Part shown: piece by piece, positions 9,527 through 19,495 of the stretch
Layout of the letters: every line of letters starts with the position of its first letter
How positions within the stretch are numbered: the stretch's first letter is position 1
From: Deltaproteobacteria bacterium
GTDB lineage: Bacteria; Myxococcota_A; UBA9160; SMWR01
Length of the DNA stretch: 64,000 bases
Direction of reading: 5' to 3'
Assembly: GCA_032128375.1 (NCBI GenBank)
Contig: JAQBGU010000179.1
Span: forward strand, 32,001 to 96,000
Position numbers and translations under genes: made by a program
Notes under the pieces: model-generated
Told to the model about the DNA's origin: nothing
What the model saw: the letters and a program-made list of their open reading frames with translations, nothing else
Databases searched by the model: none

Positions 9527-9883
9527 ATGCGATCAAGAACGCACGTCATTTTGGCGGCTCTGCTTCTGGGCCTGTGCATCAGCTCTGTGAGCGCGGCCGA
9601 ATCGACCCAGCTCCGCTGGACGCACCCGGACCCGTCGGAGCTGACGGGCTTTCTGGTCTCCATTGGCTACTCGTCTCGCAACTATGAGCCTCAGCTCGAA
9701 CTGGAGTTCGATGGACTCGCGGCGCAGGGCGGCATTTACACGGTGACAATCGAGCTGGATGAGAATCAACCGCTCTACGTGGCCGTCCGAGCCGTAAACG
9801 ACGAGGGCACGAGCCCTTATTCCAATGAGCGGGTCTACGTGTCCCCGCTCGGTGTCCCAGGTCGGCCGCGCCTGACCAACTGA
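9527..9883 (+). CDS. Small secreted Fn3-like protein
   Basis: Signal peptide; QLRW, GFLVSIG, YVAVRAVN..GTSPYSNE Fn3 F/G-strand motif; AAAGGA RBS. Confidence 0.75.
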   Translation: MRSRTHVILAALLLGLCISSVSAAESTQLRWTHPDPSELTGFLVSIGYSSRNYEPQLELEFDGLAAQGGIYTVTIELDENQPLYVAVRAVNDEGTSPYSNERVYVSPLGVPGRPRLTN

Positions 9884-9935
9884 CACCAACTATAAGACAG
9901 TCACCACACACAAGAACACGAGACGAACAAAGCTT

Positions 9936-11336
9936 CTAGCGCAGACGCGGCGCGGAACCCAGCACCCGAAGGGCGCTCAGCGATTCAATTTGATTCTTGG
10001 ACACCAGGACCGGATCGAGAGCCTCGAGCAGGAGCCCGATCCCGAACGCAAGTGCGAATGACCCCAACACCCCAGCGATCAGCACTTGAAAACGCGCCTC
10101 GGTGGGTTTGGACGAGGGAACCGCGCGGTCGCTGATCGAGAATCTCGCGCCCTGTTGGGCCGCTTCGAGGCTCTGCGCGAGCTCGGCCTCTTGGACTTTG
10201 CGCAGGAAACTGAGGTAGTTCTCGCGCAGAACCGTCTCGCGTTCTTCGAGTGCCGAGAGTTCTTCCTGGCGGGAAGGAGTGCGGGTGACTTGGGCATCGA
10301 GTTCGCTGAGGGCTGCCTCTGTCGACGCCAATTGCTCGCGCAGCCCTGTGATCGTGAGTCCTGCCGCTGAGGGTATCGCAGCGGTATCTGGCTCTGCCGA
10401 CGTCCCGCTAGGGGCCGCTGCCAGCTCGGCTTCTTGCCGCTCGATCGTGCTTCGCAGGTGCACGATCGAAGGATGTTCCTCCGTGTATTTTTCGAGTTCC
10501 ACTTGGAGTTTCGAGCGAAGCGCCTGCAGGCGTTGGTCCGGAGTCGTCGAGGAGGAATCGGCTACGGCTGCGCCCTGAGATAGTAAGATGCGGCGGTTTT
10601 CTGCATCCGCAATCTGCAGAGCGAGCGACTGGCGCTGTTGCTGGAGTCGATCGAGCCTCATGAGATTGGCCTGAAGATCTCCCGGAAGTTCGCCGCGGTG
10701 AAGCTCCTTGAACCCGCGAATCGCGGTGTTCTGCTCACGCAGGCCGCTTTCGGCGCGGAGGAGTTCCGATTTCAGAAAGCTCGTGGCAAGATTCGCCTGC
10801 TGAGTACGCAGCCGGATGCTCTCGTCGGTGAACTGGCCCGCGAGCGCGTTGGCGACGTCCGCCGCCAATCCCGGCTCTGGATACTCGAATTCGATCGAAT
10901 ATACGCGCGCACTATCGCCCGGTGACCCCACCCCTCCTCGCTGCGCTTCGATCGTGACGTGACCTCTCATCTTGGCGGAGATCTCAGCGAGGGTAATCGA
11001 ATCGCGCAAGTTCGCGTATAAATCGAATTGCTCGATCAACCTGCTCAGCGTACTCAGGGATAAGAGCGAGTTGATCAACGCGTTGATTCGCTGGAAACTG
11101 TCTTCCTGGACCGTCGAGCGAACGAGGTCTTCCCGGATCTGCTGGCTCGTGACGAGGACCGTGGCGGTTGACTTGTACATCGGTTTTTGAATAGCGACGA
11201 AGACTGTCGTCGCAGCGAGCCCTACAAGCCACGCAAGGAGCATCCACACCCAGCGTCGCCGAACAGTCCCCAACGGATCCCGCAGAAAGTCGGGAACGCC
11301 GCCACCCTCTAACTCGGCTATCTCGTCTGTGGGCAT
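9936..11336 (-). CDS. Polysaccharide chain-length determinant (Wzc periplasmic part/GumC family)
   Basis: N- and C-terminal TM helices, coiled coil, YTEEHP motif, AVPSSKP. Confidence 0.9.
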   Translation of the reverse strand: MPTDEIAELEGGGVPDFLRDPLGTVRRRWVWMLLAWLVGLAATTVFVAIQKPMYKSTATVLVTSQQIREDLVRSTVQEDSFQRINALINSLLSLSTLSRLIEQFDLYANLRDSITLAEISAKMRGHVTIEAQRGGVGSPGDSARVYSIEFEYPEPGLAADVANALAGQFTDESIRLRTQQANLATSFLKSELLRAESGLREQNTAIRGFKELHRGELPGDLQANLMRLDRLQQQRQSLALQIADAENRRILLSQGAAVADSSSTTPDQRLQALRSKLQVELEKYTEEHPSIVHLRSTIERQEAELAAAPSGTSAEPDTAAIPSAAGLTITGLREQLASTEAALSELDAQVTRTPSRQEELSALEERETVLRENYLSFLRKVQEAELAQSLEAAQQGARFSISDRAVPSSKPTEARFQVLIAGVLGSFALAFGIGLLLEALDPVLVSKNQIESLSALRVLGSAPRLR

Positions 11337-11340
11337 CAGT

Positions 11341-12264
11341 TCACTCCGAAGCCTCAGCGTCTTCAAAGTAGTATTCATAGCGCGGGCGTCGGTTGGTGGC
11401 TGCCTCGTTCAGGAAAACCCCGATGAATTTTTCCTCGGGAATGATCGAGAGGATTTCGAGGTACGAACTGCGCTTGGTGACTCCTTGTCGGGTCACAACG
11501 ATACAGGCCTGAAGGTGTTCGGCGATGACAGCGACATCGGGAACGAGCAGAGCTGGGGGGCCATCGAACACGACCCTGTCATAGTTCTTCGAGAGCAACC
11601 TCAATGCGGTCTGGAAATGCGGTCCTGCGAGCAGCTCGTACGCTTTTTTGGTTGTGTGATGAAGGGGAGTCGCGACCGGGTAGATGTCAAAGCCAGGTAT
11701 GTTAGTCGGAACCCGGGCCGCCTGCAGAGGAACTTCCCCCGACAATACATCCTCAAACCCGATCTTGGGCACAACTCCCATCACTCTGGTGACTGACGAC
11801 CGATGCAGATCCAGGTCGACGAGCGCGGTGCGGCGTCCACCGGAAATCGATGAAATCGCCAGCGCGAGATTGCACGAGACTGTCGTTTTGCCCTCTTCGG
11901 GTAGCGCACTCGTTACGAGGACGGAATTTTGATTGCGCTGATCGAGCTCGCGATTGACCTTCACGGCCAAGTTGCGGAAGCAATCTGCCTCTCGCAGCGG
12001 GGGTTCCAGGATCACTGAGCGCGGAATCCAGAAACCCGTCATCGTTCGCGGAATTTCGACTCGCGCATTCTCGCGGTCTTGCTGCAGGTCTGCAGCTGCG
12101 GGTTCAGTGCGGGAATAGTCCTCTTGGGAGGCGTCGATCGGCGGCTCATCGAAGTCGCGATCAAAGTTCGGATGCTTGCTGTCTTCCCCTGTCGAATCGC
12201 GAAAGAAACCTTGGGTTTCTTCGCCGAGCTTGGCCCTTCGCAGTGCTTCTGTGATTTCTCCCAT
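11341..12264 (-). CDS. CpsD/CapB-family BY-kinase
   Basis: VTSALPEEGKT Walker A, LVDLDL, FDGPP, C-terminal Tyr cluster RYEYY. Confidence 0.9.
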   Translation of the reverse strand: MGEITEALRRAKLGEETQGFFRDSTGEDSKHPNFDRDFDEPPIDASQEDYSRTEPAAADLQQDRENARVEIPRTMTGFWIPRSVILEPPLREADCFRNLAVKVNRELDQRNQNSVLVTSALPEEGKTTVSCNLALAISSISGGRRTALVDLDLHRSSVTRVMGVVPKIGFEDVLSGEVPLQAARVPTNIPGFDIYPVATPLHHTTKKAYELLAGPHFQTALRLLSKNYDRVVFDGPPALLVPDVAVIAEHLQACIVVTRQGVTKRSSYLEILSIIPEEKFIGVFLNEAATNRRPRYEYYFEDAEASE

Positions 12265-12265
12265 A

Positions 12266-13162
12266 TCAGGGCTCCCGCCCGTGCCGCAGCTTTTCGCGGC
12301 GAACAGGCTGGGAAAATTCCGTGTCTCGCTTGGCGCTCATTTCTTTTGCCTTTAGCCAGACCAGCGCTGACGGCACCGGGTGTAGTTTCTTCGAGAATGC
12401 GGCCAGCAGCACTCGATCGGCGAGCAGATTGATCAAGCGGGGACACCCACCTGAAAAGTCGAAGAACACCGAGTCGACCCCATCGGCAAATACGTCGCCG
12501 TACTTGCCCCCGGCCACTTCTATCCGGTGACGCAGATACGGGAGAATGTCGGATCGCCCCAACGGCTCGACGTGATGTTCGATGGCGATCCGCTGTCGCA
12601 GTTGTCGCAACTCTGTCCGGGCCAAACTCTGCAGAAGCTCGGGTTGTCCCGTGAGTACGATCTGCAGCAACTTCTGGGTGTCCGTTTCGAGGTTCGAGAG
12701 GAGCCTGACCTGTTCTAATGCCGCTGGAGACAGGTTCTGAGCCTCGTCGATGATGAGCACGGCGTTCACTCCGTCGCGGAGACGCTCGAGTAGAAATCCA
12801 TTGAGCGCGATGATGTAGTCAGCGGTGGTAGGTTGATGGGATGGAGGTTGAATGCTCCTGATCCCAAACTCGGTGCAGATGAGTTTCAACAGATCGAGTT
12901 GATTCAACCCCATCGTGTTCAGAATCATCGCTGTCTCGGGGAACTCCCGGAAGTCTTCGGGGATTCGATCCAATGCTGCACGAAGTAGAGTGGTTTTCCC
13001 TGCACCCACCTCGCCAGTGAGTAGAATGAACCCCTTGCGGCGAACAATTCCGTAGCAAAGGACCGAAAGGCCTTCTTCGTGGGTTTCCGAGAGCCAAAGA
13101 AAACGAGGATCGGGCGTCACGGAGAAAGGAGGTTCGTTTAGGCAGAAGAAGGACTCGTACAT
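12266..13162 (-). CDS. ExeA-family AAA ATPase (PEP-CTERM locus type)
   Basis: MYESFF.L.E.PFSVTPDPRFL, GEVGAGKT, IIDEAQ, GQPEL, GCPRLIN. Confidence 0.92.
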   Translation of the reverse strand: MYESFFCLNEPPFSVTPDPRFLWLSETHEEGLSVLCYGIVRRKGFILLTGEVGAGKTTLLRAALDRIPEDFREFPETAMILNTMGLNQLDLLKLICTEFGIRSIQPPSHQPTTADYIIALNGFLLERLRDGVNAVLIIDEAQNLSPAALEQVRLLSNLETDTQKLLQIVLTGQPELLQSLARTELRQLRQRIAIEHHVEPLGRSDILPYLRHRIEVAGGKYGDVFADGVDSVFFDFSGGCPRLINLLADRVLLAAFSKKLHPVPSALVWLKAKEMSAKRDTEFSQPVRREKLRHGREP

Positions 13163-13616
13163 CTCAAACTCCGCGACGGGCCCTCGCAGGTACCAGGGAA
13201 GGCGTCGACTCGGGTCGGTGCTGCCTAGGCTGGGTCGTAGGTATCAGAGGCAGTGGGGATCATAGACTACTCGATTGGGCTCAGAAATCTGCAGCGGTTT
13301 GTAAACGGGGCGCGGTTACGTAACGGCTCCACGCGCCGGCAACATGAGCCATCAGCCACTGGTTCTAGGACAACCAGATTCTCGACTGGAGCGTCTCACG
13401 CGAATCGGTAGACCGGTCTGCCCTCCTTCCCGAGCTGCGACGGGTTCGTCATCAATGCCTCGGTCATAGGCACGCCCACGGGATTTCTGGTATGTTGAAG
13501 GCTTCGAAAGCTACGCCGATGACGACGATGCAAATCGCAGGCTCGAGATCGGTGTGATCAACTCATTCGAGGAAAGGCCGTCTCTGTTCAAGACCCACGC
13601 TCTTCGAGGCGGTAAG

Positions 13617-13659
13617 ACGTCGGAAAATGTCGTAATACGTCGAAAGATGTCGTAATACG
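13617..13659. repeat. 20-bp direct tandem repeat x2
   Basis: ACGTCGGAAAATGTCGTAAT / ACGTCGAAAGATGTCGTAAT / ACG. Confidence 0.85.
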
Positions 13660-14071
13660 AATCCACAACGTTCGCAGCCATCGGTCGATCGGTTGATCGA
13701 CGAAAGTGCTTGCTGACGATCTTTCGAATCCTGACAGGCATGGCGACTGCTGAAACTGTGGCCCAGTCCTGGCCGGCGCGCGAGCTTGAGCCGCTTTCCG
13801 GCATTTCCGTTTCGAGAGTACCGTTGCGATCGGGGTTGACGACTCAGAGTCAGAGCGAATCTGATTCTTTTCATGGGGCTCTCCCGGGTCAAGGTCGTTC
13901 GAGCAACCTGCGGTACGCAAAATAATTCCGCGTGGAAGCCGGGGTTCGCAATGAGTCAACCCCTAGGGAAATCGGAGGTGATTGCATCGGGTCTCGCCGG
14001 ACGTCTTGGCGAAAAGGGCTGCTGGACGACAGGATGACCCCCACTTGCCCAGATCAGATACGCGCAAAACG

Positions 14072-14087
14072 CGGCACGGATCTTGCA
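14072..14087 (+). promoter_or_regulatory. Sigma-54 (-24/-12) promoter
   Basis: CGGCACGGATCTTGCA matches TGGCAC-N5-TTGCW with exact GG-N10-GC spacing, upstream of the priming sugar transferase. Confidence 0.7.
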
Positions 14088-14202
14088 AATTCAATCGTCC
14101 AGATGCCCGCGTGGGAGAGCCCGGCGTAGAAGGCGGTCAACAGGCGGCGACGATCGATTCAAGCGAGGCGCCGGAGAACGGCTGCATCAGCACAATTTTG
14201 GA

Positions 14203-14373
14203 GCGAATTTGGTCACCCAAGTGAATGACGCGGCACTCACCAATGTCACGGTTTCTACAGCAACGCCTGTCATCCATTTGGATGACGAGGCACGCACCGA
14301 CGTAACCTTTTCTACAGCGAATATTGTCACCCGGATGAGTGACAAGGCAAGCACCAATATTCAAGCGTCGAGG
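14203..14373 (+). repeat. Three imperfect 57-bp tandem repeats with GTCA-N10-TGAC cores
   Basis: Units start at 14203, 14260, 14317; cores at 14212, 14269, 14326. Confidence 0.85.
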
Positions 14374-14418
14374 TGTGAACCACTTCACTGGTCTTTTCGG
14401 GGAGTCAAGCAAGAATAG
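14209..14418 (+). CDS. Possible 69-aa protein with 19-aa repeats
   Basis: GGAG 5 nt before TTG; repeat units show synonymous and conservative changes in this frame. Confidence 0.35.
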   Translation: MVTQVNDAALTNVTVSTATPVIHLDDEARTDVTFSTANIVTRMSDKASTNIQASRCEPLHWSFRGVKQE

Positions 14419-14699
14419 TCTCGAAAAATTACCCCCCTCCTTCGGAGTAGCCTGTATGCTGCGCACGCTGGTTGGGGTGGGGGGTGCATTGGCCAGCAGT
14501 TGGAAACAAGTTCATGTTGATGTCCCTACCCACTCTAGTTTGTCGGCTCGCGCCACGTACGCAGATGATTGTCAGCGCAGCCCGCTTCTTGGTCCTGGTT
14601 CGGCGCTACGTATTCGCAGCTGCCACCTCGACCGTGATCCCTCATTGCCCAGGCACCACTCGCAATTCGATGCTGCCGACTGGAAGCTGCTGAAAGCCG

Positions 14700-16082
14700 A
14701 TGAAGTACTACCTCCAAAATCCCTATCTGAGCCGTGTCCTGCTGCTCACAGTGCTAGACGCACTGTGCGTGATGTTCGCTTCCGGGATCGCCTGGATCCT
14801 GGTAGAGCCCAACCTGCCGGTCGATCTGTATGTTGTTGCGACCGTCGGCGTTGCGTTCCTCGCGTTTGTCGCCCTCTTCTTCTGCGACGCCTACCGGCCG
14901 TCAGTGATGGGAGACGGACGACGGACCCTGTCGGCGATCGCGATCTCTATGGGCCTCGCATTCGCCGCTGGGATGGTCATCTACTACACGTTGAAGGTGC
15001 CGGCGGGGGTGGTGCCGTGCCTGGCGCGCGCCGCCACCGTCTACTTTCCGCTCCTCATCGTCGAGCGTGCAATTTTCCGCGCCCTGCTTGGCCGTTCCGG
15101 TCTCAGCGTCAAAGTTCTGGTCCTGGGAACGAGTAACCTCAGCCAAGAGATCGCCGAGGTGTTGAATCAGCAGCGGAACGCTGGCTTCGAACTCGTGGGT
15201 TTTCTGAGTGACGAACTGGCCTATGAGTATTCCGAGCCGACCTTCGGCGAGTCCAAAGTGATAGGCAAGATTCACCATCTCGAGAAAATTCTCGGGTCGA
15301 AGCGCATCGATCACATCATCGTAGCCACGACGGGTCGCGAAGATCACTTTCCCGCAGATGTACTGCAGATGGCGAAGGCGAGGGGCTGCCGCGTGGAATC
15401 GGGGGTCTCGTTCCTCGAACGGGCCTCTGGCAAGATCTATCTGCGCGATCTTCACCCCGGCTACCTGATCTTTTCAGAGGGCTTTCGAATGGGCCGGATG
15501 GGATCGATGGTGAAGCGGGCCATCGACATCATCCTCTCGAGTGTTGCGATGATCATCATGGCGCCTGTGCTTGCGATCTGTGCCGTGGCGATCAAGCTCG
15601 AAACCAAGGGTCCGGTTTTCTACACCCAGGTTCGACTCGGACGCAACAACGAAACGTTCGTGATGCTGAAGCTGCGGTCGATGCGAGCGGACGCGGAGGC
15701 GGAAACCGGAGCTGTTTTCACTGCGGAGCAAGATGATCGCATCACGCGGGTGGGATATATCATCCGCCGCACCCGCCTCGACGAGTTCCCGCAGCTGTGG
15801 AACATCATCCGGGGCGATATGACGCTGGTGGGCCCGCGTGCCGAGCGGCCCGAGTTCTTGGATTCACTCAGCGAGCGGTATGAGTACTATCGCATCCGGT
15901 CGAGTGTGAAGCCGGGCCTCACCGGCTGGGCTCAGACGCGTTATGGCTATGTGAGCAGCGTCGATGCCTACGAGGAGAAGCTGGCCCTCGATGTCTACTA
16001 TCTGAAGCATCGATCCGTGGCCATGGATCTTCTGATTCTGTGGCACACCGTCAAGACGGTGTTGCTCGCTCGCGGCTTGTAG
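14700..16082 (+). CDS. Priming polyprenyl glycosylphosphotransferase (WcaJ-like, PEP-CTERM system type)
   Basis: N-terminal TMs; KRAIDI, KLRSM, RITRVG..IRRTRLDEFPQ, VGPRAERP, KPGLTGWAQ. Confidence 0.95.
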   Translation: MKYYLQNPYLSRVLLLTVLDALCVMFASGIAWILVEPNLPVDLYVVATVGVAFLAFVALFFCDAYRPSVMGDGRRTLSAIAISMGLAFAAGMVIYYTLKVPAGVVPCLARAATVYFPLLIVERAIFRALLGRSGLSVKVLVLGTSNLSQEIAEVLNQQRNAGFELVGFLSDELAYEYSEPTFGESKVIGKIHHLEKILGSKRIDHIIVATTGREDHFPADVLQMAKARGCRVESGVSFLERASGKIYLRDLHPGYLIFSEGFRMGRMGSMVKRAIDIILSSVAMIIMAPVLAICAVAIKLETKGPVFYTQVRLGRNNETFVMLKLRSMRADAEAETGAVFTAEQDDRITRVGYIIRRTRLDEFPQLWNIIRGDMTLVGPRAERPEFLDSLSERYEYYRIRSSVKPGLTGWAQTRYGYVSSVDAYEEKLALDVYYLKHRSVAMDLLILWHTVKTVLLARGL

Positions 16083-16096
16083 ATACCCTGCAAGCC

Positions 16097-16984
16097 GTGA
16101 ATCTCAATGCCCTGTCGGTCGATCTGGAGGAGTATTTCCAGGTCTCCAACTTCGAGCGCGTGATCGATCGCGACACCTGGTCGAGCCTGCCCTCGAGGGT
16201 CGCAGCCTCCACCCGGGCATTGCTCGAGACGTTCGAGGAAACCCAGAACAAGGCCACGTTCTTCGTGCTCGGCTGGGTTGCGGAGCGAGAGCCCGCGCTC
16301 GTGCGCGAGATTGCTGAGCGCGGACACGAGATCGCGTGCCACGGCTATGGGCACCAGTTGGTCTACGAGATCGGCCCGGAGCGCTTTCGAGAGGATCTGC
16401 GGCGGGCCCGCGGAGCCATCGAAGACGCGGTTGGGGTTCGTCTCAAAGGCTATCGAGCACCGAGTTACTCCATCACGGATCGTTCGCTCTGGGCACTCGA
16501 CATTCTGGCTGAGGAGGGCTTCGAGTATGATTCTTCGATCTTCCCGATTCGCCACCCCCGATACGGAATCCCGAGCTTTTCGCGTGTGCCGGTACGCATA
16601 CAGCTCGACGGTGGCCAGTCGATCCGAGAGTTTCCCATGACGACGCTGGAGGCGGGGCCGCTGAAGATTCCGCTGGCCGGAGGCGCCTATCTACGGTTCT
16701 TCCCGCCGTTCCTATTCCGATGGGGGTTCCGGCGATTGATCTCTGCGGGGCATCCGATCGTGCTGTATGTCCACCCCTGGGAGATCGACCCGGGCCAGCC
16801 CCGACAGCGGGTTGGCTGGAAGGTGCGACTCAACCACTACCACAACATCGGGCGGACCCAGGGTCGCCTCACGCGGCTACTGCGGGAGTTCCGCTTCCGC
16901 CCGCTGGCGGAGGTGTTGGCAGAGCTCGAATCGAAATCGCAGCTTCACCCCTATGCGTTCCAAACTAGAGGGAAGGCTTGCTAG
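16097..16984 (+). CDS. Polysaccharide deacetylase, XrtA-system/DUF3473 type
   Basis: NALSVDLEEYFQV, ATFFVLGW, HEIACHGYGH, GYRAPSYS, YVHPWEIDP. Confidence 0.92.
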   Translation: MNLNALSVDLEEYFQVSNFERVIDRDTWSSLPSRVAASTRALLETFEETQNKATFFVLGWVAEREPALVREIAERGHEIACHGYGHQLVYEIGPERFREDLRRARGAIEDAVGVRLKGYRAPSYSITDRSLWALDILAEEGFEYDSSIFPIRHPRYGIPSFSRVPVRIQLDGGQSIREFPMTTLEAGPLKIPLAGGAYLRFFPPFLFRWGFRRLISAGHPIVLYVHPWEIDPGQPRQRVGWKVRLNHYHNIGRTQGRLTRLLREFRFRPLAEVLAELESKSQLHPYAFQTRGKAC

Positions 16985-17047
16985 CGGCGGCGCTCGAGCT
17001 CGCCCATCCGCATCTGAGCAGATTCGCCGTGCCGATTCGGATGCGGC

Positions 17048-18235
17048 TCAGCTGAGCTTCGACAGCTGAGCCAGTAGCCCATCGAGGCGTCGGCCGCGAA
17101 GTCCGGGATGGGTCGGCAGAGTCAGCAGCCGGGAGCAGAACGCGCGAGCGCCCGGGCAATCGGCTTTCTCCGCGAGGTCGGGCAACAGAGCGGGAACGCG
17201 ATCGAGGGTGTCGGGGTACATCCCAGTCAGGCCGAGCCAACCCGAGCTCGACAGTGCTGCGTCGCGAGCCGCGGAATCGGGGGCGAGCACAGCCAGGCGA
17301 GGATAGATCCCCATCCCATCGGCCGGATCGAGCACGGGTCGAAACCTGGTCTCTGCCACGAGTCGCGCTGCGATGGCGCGAGCTGTTCGTGCTCTCGCGT
17401 GGTTCATCGCGTCGAGCCGGGCGAGCTGGGCCGCCGCCAGGGCTACCGACGCGCCCTCGATGGGCCCCCGTCGAAAGTCGGGATCGTACACAGTGGTTCC
17501 GATTCCCAGCGCTGGAATACCCGCCAGAACTCGCAGCACGGCGGGCACCCGAGCCAGGTCGTAGGCGGCAGCTCTAAGCAGCGCGCTGACGCGTTGCGCT
17601 GGAGCTGTGGGGTCCTGTGCGACTGGGAGTGCGAGATTTTCGGGGATGGGGTCCGGCCGCCGCTTCCACACCAGCGCGCCTCCGCCCAGCGCCGAAAGTG
17701 GCTTGCCGCGCCCGAAGCTCAACACACCGACGTCACCGCGTGAGCCTACGGGCCCTTCCGGAGATTGTCCCCCGAGCGTCTGAGCCGCGTCGTCGATGAC
17801 CGCAACGCCTGCCGCGTGCGCGAGCTCGAGCGCAGTGGTGATGGGCTCCGGTAGGCCAAAGAGGTTTCCAATCACCATTCCGGCGGCTTTCTCGAGTGGC
17901 AACCTGCGAAGCGACTCGAGATCGATCTGCCCGGTCAGGTTCACATCGACGAGTCGTACGCTGAGACCGGCAGCCACGGCTGCGGCTGGTATCGAGTAGC
18001 AGCAGTAGGCCGGGATGATGACCTCACCCCTACCGCTGCACGCCGCCAGCTGCCCGAACGCGACGCGAAGCGCTTCGCGTCCCGAGCTGTGGAGCGAGAG
18101 CCATTGGGAAGGCAGGCGGTCCATGAGTCCACGCCGCAGTGCGCGTTCCGGATCGGAGCTGCCTAGGACATCCCAAATCGAAGCCGCCGCGATCGCTGAG
18201 CCGCCCGGCGGGAGGCGTACGAGGTCGCTCTGCAT
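17048..18235 (-). CDS. DegT/DnrJ/EryC1/StrS-family PLP enzyme
   Basis: SSGREAL, VIIPAYCC, IDDAAQ, SFGRGKP (PLP Lys), LLTLPTH. Confidence 0.85.
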   Translation of the reverse strand: MQSDLVRLPPGGSAIAAASIWDVLGSSDPERALRRGLMDRLPSQWLSLHSSGREALRVAFGQLAACSGRGEVIIPAYCCYSIPAAAVAAGLSVRLVDVNLTGQIDLESLRRLPLEKAAGMVIGNLFGLPEPITTALELAHAAGVAVIDDAAQTLGGQSPEGPVGSRGDVGVLSFGRGKPLSALGGGALVWKRRPDPIPENLALPVAQDPTAPAQRVSALLRAAAYDLARVPAVLRVLAGIPALGIGTTVYDPDFRRGPIEGASVALAAAQLARLDAMNHARARTARAIAARLVAETRFRPVLDPADGMGIYPRLAVLAPDSAARDAALSSSGWLGLTGMYPDTLDRVPALLPDLAEKADCPGARAFCSRLLTLPTHPGLRGRRLDGLLAQLSKLS

Positions 18236-19356
18236 CAGCGTTGGGTGGGCTCCCAGACGACTGCTCGCGGTCCCAACAGATGATATCCCCAGGCGACGAG
18301 CATCGAGGCGTTCACCAACAGGAAGAAGCCTCCGAGACGCGCCGGAGTCCATGTCGCGAACTTTGGAACTACGAGGGCCAGTCCCCCTAAGAGGTACCCC
18401 GCGAGCTGGACGACCAACAGAGCGGCAGCGGCCGGGCTAGTGGGCGCCGCCGCTGCGCTCGCAATCAGCATCAGGACCAACGCAAAAGGTGACGTGAAGC
18501 GGGCCACCTTGTGGCCCCATAGCGAGAAGGCGGCCCGACCGAAGCGCGGGTGCAGCAGATCGCGGTAGTTCGACAGGACTGCGATTCCACGGCGTATTGT
18601 GCGCACCTTGCGTGGCCACTCACGGGCCGGGTCGTCGGATGCGCTAAAGCGCGCGGTAGCCGTCGGCTCACAGACCGCTCGATAGCCGCGTCGAGCCGTC
18701 TCGAGAGCGGACCGGAAGTCGCTGGCGAGGTCGTGGGGCCACGGTGTGGCCAGCTCGCTCCGAATCGCAAAGAACGATCCGGAGAGACCGACCAACGTGC
18801 TGGCTTGGCTCTCGAGGCGACGCAGCGCCATCTCGAAGCGTACATACGCACCCTCCCCCCCCTCTGAGTCGACGCGATCCTCGCTCGATGCGCTGCCGAC
18901 GCCGGGATCCACAAACGGGCGCACGATGGCCGCCAGTGCCTGCGGATCCAGCTCGGCCGTGACATCTGTGAAGACGAGAATGTCGCCGGTTGCGGCGGCG
19001 ATTGCAGCGGCCTGGGCAGACTCCTTGCCTCGCCGCGTGTCCAGCTCGACGAGGCGTACACCGCGGTCAGCGAATGCCCGGGCGATCTCGTGGGTCCCGT
19101 CGCTGGATCCATCCGATGCCACGAGGATCTCCACTGAGCCCAAATACGCTAGCGCCAGCGTGGCATCGAGCTTCTTGCGCAAGGTGGCCTCGCCATTGTA
19201 CACCGCGATGATGACCGAGACCGGTGGCGAGAAGTCACCCACCCGCGTCTGGCGCGGCGAGATGCGCGCAAGGAGTATGAGGATGACCGGATATCCCACG
19301 TACGTGAATGCAACCCAGCTGGCCGATAGGATGATCAACGCCCAGCACAAGATCAT
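18235..19356 (-). CDS. Glycosyltransferase family 2 (membrane)
   Basis: YVGYP, VSVIIAVYN, VASDGSSDGT, VFTD, C-terminal TMs ending WEPTQR. Confidence 0.9.
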   Translation of the reverse strand: MILCWALIILSASWVAFTYVGYPVILILLARISPRQTRVGDFSPPVSVIIAVYNGEATLRKKLDATLALAYLGSVEILVASDGSSDGTHEIARAFADRGVRLVELDTRRGKESAQAAAIAAATGDILVFTDVTAELDPQALAAIVRPFVDPGVGSASSEDRVDSEGGEGAYVRFEMALRRLESQASTLVGLSGSFFAIRSELATPWPHDLASDFRSALETARRGYRAVCEPTATARFSASDDPAREWPRKVRTIRRGIAVLSNYRDLLHPRFGRAAFSLWGHKVARFTSPFALVLMLIASAAAAPTSPAAAALLVVQLAGYLLGGLALVVPKFATWTPARLGGFFLLVNASMLVAWGYHLLGPRAVVWEPTQR

Positions 19357-19495
19357 TCGCCCTGGCTCCAAAACTTGCGTCCACGACCCAGCGGTCGCGG
19401 CGTGCTGGCCTGATTGGATTGATGCGTTTCGAATCGGGCCGCCTCGGCCCGGCCATGAGCCCGAATCGGCGTCCGCGATGCAACTCCCATGCAGA

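Noticed and set aside
13300..13305. TTTACA (PEP-CTERM-box-like) on the minus strand upstream of the ATPase
   Set aside because: A single hexamer with no correctly spaced sigma-54 site downstream.
13608..13615. GGCGGTAA as an ops/JUMPStart element
   Set aside because: Mismatched and lacking the surrounding JUMPStart context.
14203..14373. CRISPR array interpretation of the 57-bp repeats
   Set aside because: Units are similar along their whole length with no unique spacers, and no cas genes are present.
14137..14466. Cys-rich minus-strand ORF over the repeats
   Set aside because: Explained as the antisense reading; it opposes the promoter direction and no RBS was seen.
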